Source: an uncultured Gammaproteobacteria bacterium
GTDB taxonomy: Bacteria > Patescibacteriota > Microgenomatia > UBA10105 > UBA927
DNA length: 64,000 nt
Assembly: GCA_964588145.1 (NCBI GenBank)
Contig: CAZPNL010000001.1
Span: 11,306 to 75,305, forward strand
Direction: 5' to 3'
The notes beneath the pieces were generated by a model. It worked only from the letters and a program-made list of their open reading frames with translations. It did not search any database and was not told the origin of the DNA. The translations under genes were made by a program, and so were the position numbers. Positions 57,771 through 64,000 of this stretch are shown here, piece after piece (position 1 is the stretch's first letter; each line of letters opens with the position of its first letter).

Positions 57771-59155
57771 GGCGGTTTTATACATTTTTTGTACATCTAT
57801 TGCAATTAATATTTAAGCATAAAGTTTTTGTGTTTAGTATGTTTTTTTCACTACTTTGTCGACTTTTATATTTTGCCATTTATCCGTATTATGTCGTTTT
57901 TGAAGATAGTGAAGGGTATTACACTTTTGCAATGACCGTCACTCGGTTTCCGCTTGCTATAGAAAATTTTGTGAGTGTTTTTCGCACCCCTGTATATCCA
58001 TTATTTTTAGGTATCATTTTGCGGTCTGCTGGGGTGACTAATCCAAACTTCGAAACATCTACAGTATTTGTAGATGGTGTTTGGCGCATGATGCTCGTGC
58101 AGACATTCATAGGGCTTGTTTCACTTTTTGTCTTGTATGTAACCCTTAGAAAGCTCTCCATATTACAAGGCGTAGCAGGATATATTGTATTTTTGTTGGG
58201 TATCAACCCCTCAATTTTTTTGTGGGAAAAGGCAATGATGACAGAATCACTGGCTACTTTTTGGTTGGCACTCCTTGGGTATGGATTTGTGTCATTTGCA
58301 CTTTTTGGAAAATTAAGACATGCGTTGATGTTAGGATTATTATTGTCGATTGGTTACTTGTTGCGACCAGCGTTTATGCTTATGCCGTACGGGATACTTG
58401 TGTTTCTTTTCTTTCTGCAGCGCAAAAAATTTATACGGTTTATTTTGATAAGTTTAGTTGTGTATTGTGTGATAGTTCCCATGGTGTATGCCTACTTGAA
58501 TGCACAATATAAAAAATTTGATGGTTTCGGGTGGGGTACTGGGATAGGGATGATAGCAAAGATTTTGCAATATAACCTTGATACCTCAGCGGGTAAAAAA
58601 TATACACGTATTTATCCTCTTTTAGAAAATTGGAAGCTGCAGACTACTTCGGCTAATACTTATAAATTTTTAGAAGCATATGACTATATGGATGCTGCAG
58701 CCTGGAAAGAGATGGAAGATTATGGAAAAACAGTGATACTAGCAAATATCCCACAGTTTATTTTGTATAGCATTATGGATATTCCTAAAGTATTTTTTGA
58801 GCACAAAAATTTTATTGAACGATTTTCTGTGGGTATGGGTCCTATGCATGTGTTTTTATATCGCCTTTATGATGTTTTTGCCTATATGAGAATGCTTCTT
58901 ATTTTTACAATTCCTTTGTCTATTGTGCATTTTGTGTCTTGGATACGAAAGAGATCTCACACAGATGGGGCAATACTGCTTTTTGCAATTAGTGGTTTGA
59001 CGCAGGTTTTTATGGTGTCTTTTTATAGTGCAAGTTATGATTATGGCATGCTTGAGCGTTTTGCACATTTAGCGCAAATTCATTTGTATATCTATTTGTG
59101 CATTATGATATATAAAACGTATGCATATTTGCGTATTGGTAGGTTTCAGCACTAG
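57767..59155 (+). CDS. polytopic membrane GT-C-like protein (tandem paralog B)
   Basis: EDSEGYYTFAMTVTRFPLAIENFVSVFRTPVYP and C-terminal FYSASYDYGMLERFAHLAQIH. ATGA overlap with paralog A. Confidence 0.5.
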   Translation: MRRFYTFFVHLLQLIFKHKVFVFSMFFSLLCRLLYFAIYPYYVVFEDSEGYYTFAMTVTRFPLAIENFVSVFRTPVYPLFLGIILRSAGVTNPNFETSTVFVDGVWRMMLVQTFIGLVSLFVLYVTLRKLSILQGVAGYIVFLLGINPSIFLWEKAMMTESLATFWLALLGYGFVSFALFGKLRHALMLGLLLSIGYLLRPAFMLMPYGILVFLFFLQRKKFIRFILISLVVYCVIVPMVYAYLNAQYKKFDGFGWGTGIGMIAKILQYNLDTSAGKKYTRIYPLLENWKLQTTSANTYKFLEAYDYMDAAAWKEMEDYGKTVILANIPQFILYSIMDIPKVFFEHKNFIERFSVGMGPMHVFLYRLYDVFAYMRMLLIFTIPLSIVHFVSWIRKRSHTDGAILLFAISGLTQVFMVSFYSASYDYGMLERFAHLAQIHLYIYLCIMIYKTYAYLRIGRFQH

Positions 59156-59188
59156 TGAGTAGGAAGGGGGACATGCTACTATATTTAT

Positions 59189-60784
59189 ATGTCTAACACT
59201 GCCACAAAAAAGTCTGCACAACAGTTGTCGGAGGTACAGCCTCAATTTGAACCAAAGGTGACATCTCTTGCATCTACACCTGTTGATGGTAGCGTTACTT
59301 CTAAAAAAGATGTGAGCACGCAATCGCCACCAACGAGCAATGAACAAGGTAAAAAAGATTCTACTCCTCATATAGACAAATTTCAGGAAATTGCAGCGTC
59401 TACTGCTCAAGTAGATCCACAGGCAGTAGCATCTGATACGGCTGAGCGTGCAAATATCACCAAATTGCCATTTTTTACAGCATTTATAGGGCTTGTGTTG
59501 GTTGTGAGTGCGGGAATTGGACTTTATTCGATGCGTGAAGAGATTGGTTTAAGTGCATTATTTGCCTCCAAACCAACGCCAACTCCAACATCGATACCTA
59601 GTGATCCTCAGGCAGATTGGAAAACGTATGCACTCAAGAGTGTGCCTTTTCGTTTTAAGCTTCCGCAGTCGGTAGAAGCAAGTGGATCTCAAATGGTTCG
59701 GAAATTAAAAACAGGAATTGAGGAGTGTTTTTTAGCAAAGTATACAGAGTCTCAAGCGTCAATTGATAGCGCAACAGAAAGTGCAAGCATGCGAGCGGAA
59801 AGAAATGAAATCTGCGGGCAGACGCAGGCTGACTTAGTCATTTCGATGCCTTCAGTTGATGTGCCTATGGCAAAAAAACCAACTTTTTTTGATATTCGTA
59901 GTTTTGAAGCAAGTGATGCTGCTGTTCGAGTAGTATACAAAGATGAGACTTCTGATACGGTACCTGCTGATAGGTATGAAATCGTAGCGAACAATACAAA
60001 AGTGAAAGCGCTTGTCCTGTATGGACCTGATGATACGCAAAATATAGATCAAAAAATAGAGGATCTCCCATCTTCTGTTGTGCCTATCAACTATATAGGA
60101 GCCGTAGTAGAAACACATATACCAGCATTTCCGGTAGTATATGTACTTTTAAAAGGTACTAAATCGAGTATGCGTACGACATTTGTTGATATTGTTTCAA
60201 CTTTTGAAATAGAACAACCAGAAGTGAAACGCAGTGGAAAACTTCTTGTTGATCCAAAAAGTGAGTTTGCATTTGGTAATCCGTATCCTTCCGAGATAAG
60301 TATGCTTAAAGATGAGGAGCTTGTGCAAATTTCCTGTTCGACTAAATATATGAAACAAATAGGTGGTATATATAGCGACTCGAGTGGTGAAGCTATAAGT
60401 AATGATACAGTAAATAATATATTTGAATCATATAACAAGGGAAAGACTGATGCTGATTGGATTGCAGCAGGATTTTTATGTACCTCGGAATCTACGACTG
60501 TTTTAGTGTATGAAATATGGAAAGGTGGAGGAGGACTTGAGAATGCTGCGTATGTTTCAAAAGTTGATGCGAAAGGAGTATTAACTTCTCCTATCAGGAT
60601 TGTGTCAAATGGCGCGCCATATTTTGGTTGCTCAGAGCCAATCGCTCTTACAAAAGATGATCAATTTTATCTCTCTTGTCTAGGCGGCGATGGTCAGTAT
60701 GGGAAGAAATCTTTGTATCAAGTTGACATGGGCGGTGCCAGTGTAAAAAAACTTATTGAGTACGAGAGTTCATCTTCACAGTAG
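59189..60784 (+). CDS. single-pass membrane-anchored surface protein with Pro/Thr-rich stalk and large extracytoplasmic domain
   Basis: S/T-rich low-complexity N-terminus. One TM helix (FFTAFIGLVLVVSAGIGLY). Then KPTPTPTSIPSDPQ and a ~380-aa C-terminal domain. Confidence 0.5.
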   Translation: MSNTATKKSAQQLSEVQPQFEPKVTSLASTPVDGSVTSKKDVSTQSPPTSNEQGKKDSTPHIDKFQEIAASTAQVDPQAVASDTAERANITKLPFFTAFIGLVLVVSAGIGLYSMREEIGLSALFASKPTPTPTSIPSDPQADWKTYALKSVPFRFKLPQSVEASGSQMVRKLKTGIEECFLAKYTESQASIDSATESASMRAERNEICGQTQADLVISMPSVDVPMAKKPTFFDIRSFEASDAAVRVVYKDETSDTVPADRYEIVANNTKVKALVLYGPDDTQNIDQKIEDLPSSVVPINYIGAVVETHIPAFPVVYVLLKGTKSSMRTTFVDIVSTFEIEQPEVKRSGKLLVDPKSEFAFGNPYPSEISMLKDEELVQISCSTKYMKQIGGIYSDSSGEAISNDTVNNIFESYNKGKTDADWIAAGFLCTSESTTVLVYEIWKGGGGLENAAYVSKVDAKGVLTSPIRIVSNGAPYFGCSEPIALTKDDQFYLSCLGGDGQYGKKSLYQVDMGGASVKKLIEYESSSSQ

Positions 60785-61606
60785 TCAAATTTTTGACTGA
60801 CAAGCTGATAATTTCCCTATTGCGCGGAGTACGAAAGATATAATTGGGTTTTTGAAATAATATTTATATGCCTGTCGGTATACGTCCATTTGCTTCATGC
60901 CAAATGTATATGCTTCAAAAGATTTTGCAATTTGTGCTTGCACTTGTGGGTGACTATGTATAGGTGACTGCATAGGCTGGATGATACAAAGTGACGAAGG
61001 CAACATGTAAGAAATGTATGGAATTTTTTGTTTTACTAATAATTGCGTACACGTATAGATACCCTCAAAAATCATATGTGCATCATGGAAGACAAATATA
61101 GAATTTGATTTTCTATGCTTTAGGCAAAAGGTAAAGTTTTGTATAACTGCAGTGTTTGTATGTTCCGCATCAATAAAAAATATGTCGGGTTTGTGCGTGA
61201 TACTTTTTGGATTTATGTCTTTTGTATCTGATTCTATAGTGGTTATTTTTGGGATGAGTGTGCCATAGTGTTTTATCAATGCATTTATCATCATGTGCGT
61301 AGAATTGGTTATGTAATAATTTGTTTCTCCTCGCTCATCGGGCTCTATGAGGACTCGTTTATCTATAGAGTATATATGCGTACAGCGAGGATCTTTAAGT
61401 GCAGGCTGGAGTGAGCCTCCTTTGTATGAGCCAATCTCTAGGTAAACATATTTTGTATGTTGTGTGCGCACAGCGGATAATAGAGCTAGGATTGAGCTCT
61501 GATCGCTTGGGGTGAGTATGGGTTTGATAGGACGAAAAAGGCTACGATCTCCCTGCGCAAATTGCTTGTCGATATCTGATAAATTTGGAGTTTTCCTGTA
61601 TTTCAT
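60785..61606 (-). CDS. class I SAM-dependent methyltransferase-like
   Basis: YLEIGSYKGGSL ... IFFIDAEHTNTAVIQNF ... IFVFHD is consistent with a TylF/WbbD-like MTase fold. Convergent with 59189..60784 with a zero-bp gap. Confidence 0.5.
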   Translation of the reverse strand: MKYRKTPNLSDIDKQFAQGDRSLFRPIKPILTPSDQSSILALLSAVRTQHTKYVYLEIGSYKGGSLQPALKDPRCTHIYSIDKRVLIEPDERGETNYYITNSTHMMINALIKHYGTLIPKITTIESDTKDINPKSITHKPDIFFIDAEHTNTAVIQNFTFCLKHRKSNSIFVFHDAHMIFEGIYTCTQLLVKQKIPYISYMLPSSLCIIQPMQSPIHSHPQVQAQIAKSFEAYTFGMKQMDVYRQAYKYYFKNPIISFVLRAIGKLSACQSKI

Positions 61607-61689
61607 GTGTGGCTCACATGCTACAGTATGATCATATTAAAGGTCAATATGAGCATATCTCCATAGTCTGTATATGAGGTAAGCAAGTT

Positions 61690-63240
61690 ATGCATAGATT
61701 GCGTAGCTTTAAACAATTACAATTAATGAATATTGATATGTTTACTCTAATGAACATTATTTGTTGTCGCCAAAAACATGTGAAATTGATAGGAACCGTA
61801 TGTACATTCGTTGTGTTTGGGGTACTGTTATATAGTGTTGTACTTTCGGGTATGCGCTATCAATATGATTATGATGAGTTGTCGCAGCTTCAGACTTTGT
61901 ATCTCATTTTTACTGGAAATATACCTTATAAAGATTTTTATTATATCTATGTGCCGTTTTTACACATCCTCGTGCTCCCTATATTTTATCTATGGGGAGC
62001 TAACTTTGAGACTGCATCGATATTAAGACTGATCATGATAGTGCTTTTCCTGACGAGAATTTTTATCGTTGGTCTAGCTATCAAGAAGATATTGAATTGG
62101 AAAATAGGCAGACTGTATGCATTTTTGAATCTATTTGATGCAATGACTATTTTTGCTGGGATGCAGATTCGTGTAGATAACCTCATGCTTTTTTTCTATA
62201 GTATTGCATTGTACTTTGCTGCCAGATGGGTGAATGAGCTTCGTTGTAAATGGTTGTATTGGGCTTCATTATTTTGGGGTCTATCAAGTCTTGCAAATAT
62301 AAAATTATTTCCTAGCTTTATCATAATTTATATAGCAATAGCTGTGTATTTGCTTATGCGTAAGTCATATAGAATATGGATTTTATCGCTTTTCATAAGC
62401 GCTCTGCCTTGGATTGTGTCGATGCTTATTATGGCTGCCTGCGGTGCGCTTCCAGATATGATTCAGCAGGTTTTTTTGGATCCGCAAAAATTTTTGTCTT
62501 CTGTGGATTATCCAACGCTCTACGGAGCTATGTATAGACCTGACAATGATTTGATGTGGGGCGCTTCAGGTGCGCCTATGTTGTGGCATTATACGCAATT
62601 TCTCCTTTGGGGTGGCATAGCCGGAGGAATGATAGTAATTATTGCTTTTGTTCGAAATACTATATTCACAAAATATCGTTGGCCGTTTCTTGTGTTAGCG
62701 CTCAGTGCTTTGGGTCAATGGTATGTGCTCACAACTATAAAGACAGCGTTTATACAGTATTATTTACCTCTTCACATATATGCAGCTTTGTTTAGTGCCT
62801 TGTTTTGCGGTTTTTTATTTTCATTACGCGTAAAAATTTTTCAAAGATTTTTTAGTGTGGGTATTGCGATTTTTGTTGTGTTTTTAACCTATGTGAGCTT
62901 TAACGCAAATGTCTATCGGTCATACGCGACATCAGATGAAATTTTCCGTAGAACTCAGCTCGTATGGGACGTAATCCCTGAAGGATCTAAAACGTTTCCA
63001 GATGTACTGTTTCGTCCAATAGCCTATCCTCTGACTGTTGGGTACTTTGTGGGTGTCCAAACGTCGGAATTACAATCTCGGTATCAGCCGATGGAATGGT
63101 ATTTAGAAAAATATCAGGTTCCCTATCTCGTACTGGATGAGTTTCGTATGGTATATTTGTCTCCACAGACAAAAGAATATATACAACGACACTATGCGTT
63201 GGTATCTGGAGAATTATGGATATATAAGCGAACTTTATGA
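61690..63240 (+). CDS. polytopic membrane GT-C-like protein
   Basis: 516 aa with many TM helices. First loop RYQYDYDELSQLQTLYLIFTGNIPYKDFYYIYVP. Followed by a GT2 gene with an ATGA overlap. Confidence 0.45.
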   Translation: MHRLRSFKQLQLMNIDMFTLMNIICCRQKHVKLIGTVCTFVVFGVLLYSVVLSGMRYQYDYDELSQLQTLYLIFTGNIPYKDFYYIYVPFLHILVLPIFYLWGANFETASILRLIMIVLFLTRIFIVGLAIKKILNWKIGRLYAFLNLFDAMTIFAGMQIRVDNLMLFFYSIALYFAARWVNELRCKWLYWASLFWGLSSLANIKLFPSFIIIYIAIAVYLLMRKSYRIWILSLFISALPWIVSMLIMAACGALPDMIQQVFLDPQKFLSSVDYPTLYGAMYRPDNDLMWGASGAPMLWHYTQFLLWGGIAGGMIVIIAFVRNTIFTKYRWPFLVLALSALGQWYVLTTIKTAFIQYYLPLHIYAALFSALFCGFLFSLRVKIFQRFFSVGIAIFVVFLTYVSFNANVYRSYATSDEIFRRTQLVWDVIPEGSKTFPDVLFRPIAYPLTVGYFVGVQTSELQSRYQPMEWYLEKYQVPYLVLDEFRMVYLSPQTKEYIQRHYALVSGELWIYKRTL

Positions 63241-63935
63241 AACTTTCGTCTTTATCAATTTTAATACCTTGTTTTAACGATGAGAAAACGATAGAGACTG
63301 CTGTAGATGAAGCTTTTGCGATAGGAAGACGTATCGTAAAAAAACATATCGAAGTCGTTGTTATAAATGATGGAAGTACCGATAGTTCTGGGCAAATTTT
63401 AGAGAAAATGTCCGAGAAATATGGACCGATGATGCGGTATATTTCGCATGCGCAAAATGTAGGGTATGGGGCGACAATACGTGAGCTTTATATGACGGGG
63501 CAGCATGACTGGCTGTATACATGTCCTGGAGACTATCAAGTGGGAGCCAGTGAAGTGGAAACGCTGCTTCCATATACAAGAGATTTTGATCTCGTTGTGG
63601 GATGGAGGAAACAGCGTCAGGATCCACCTAGACGAATAGTGCAATCTGCTTTTTATAATTATTTGACCAGGAAACTGTTGGGCATATCTGTGCATGATGT
63701 CAATTCTGTACGGCTTATGAAAAAGTCTATCTTGAAAAAAATAGAATTAAACTACATATCACCATTTGTAGATACTGAACTTTTAGTGAAGGCGACCAGA
63801 GCGGGATTTCGTGTAGGAGAGGCAGTTGTGCAGCATCGAGCTGATCCTGGTGTGGGTGGGGGAGGATCAATTTCCACAATTGTATCTACCTTCTCAGAAA
63901 TGATACGCTTTAAGAACCAGATTGATAAACTGTAA
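63237..63935 (+). CDS. GT2 glycosyltransferase, polyprenol-phosphate-sugar synthase-like
   Basis: LSILIPCFNDEKTIETAVDEA ... VVVINDGSTDSSGQILE. 232 aa. Confidence 0.65.
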   Translation: MKLSSLSILIPCFNDEKTIETAVDEAFAIGRRIVKKHIEVVVINDGSTDSSGQILEKMSEKYGPMMRYISHAQNVGYGATIRELYMTGQHDWLYTCPGDYQVGASEVETLLPYTRDFDLVVGWRKQRQDPPRRIVQSAFYNYLTRKLLGISVHDVNSVRLMKKSILKKIELNYISPFVDTELLVKATRAGFRVGEAVVQHRADPGVGGGGSISTIVSTFSEMIRFKNQIDKL

Positions 63936-64000
63936 GAGTATGCTTATAAACCGAATTCTGTCCCATGTTCGACTTGTGCATGTTCTGGTAGGTATAGCAA

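Noticed and set aside
63936-64000. Possible start of another gene (ATG at 63943, MLINRILSHVRLVHVLVGIA...)
   Set aside because: Only ~19 codons are visible before the window ends. This is insufficient to support a call.

Overview
This window is almost entirely occupied by a very large, compact surface-glycan biosynthesis and glycosylation locus. It is AT-rich and tightly packed, with many 4-bp ATGA start/stop overlaps, and likely comes from an uncultivated bacterium. I found no rRNA, tRNA, CRISPR array, transposase or integrase.

The gene content, by class:
- 17 polytopic membrane proteins look like GT-C-fold glycosyltransferases. Four are YfhO-family, one is clearly ArnT/PMT-like with a DExRYA-like motif, five form an uncharacterised paralog family, two are a tandem paralog pair, and the rest are singletons.
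- 5 small (~230-265 aa) GT2 enzymes look like polyprenol-phosphate-sugar synthases (GtrB/DPM1/CsbB-like).
- 1 gene is a GT9-like (heptosyltransferase-like) candidate.
- 4 extended-SDR epimerase/dehydratases and 3 classical SDRs are present.
- 8 SAM-dependent methyltransferases include a TylC3-like sugar C-methyltransferase and three TylF-like ones.
- There is one E1 alpha/beta thiamine-diphosphate pair with no E2/E3 partner, and two split transketolase N/C pairs.
- Other enzymes: a domain-swapped HldE-like nucleotidyltransferase-kinase, a HAD-kinase fusion and a zinc alcohol dehydrogenase.

The most unusual items:
- Four paralogous small proteins (3 TM helices plus a C-terminal winged-helix-like domain) sit as tandem pairs directly after two of the GT2 genes.
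- Both split-transketolase pairs have atypical ~200-230 bp non-coding spacers. One spacer carries a TAG-containing 7-8-bp tandem repeat.
- A GC-rich, hairpin-bearing element lies at 43325-43517.
- An edge-truncated minus-strand ORF at 1..716 is missing from the supplied ORF track.

Functional calls are inferred from motifs I recognised by eye. No database search was run.
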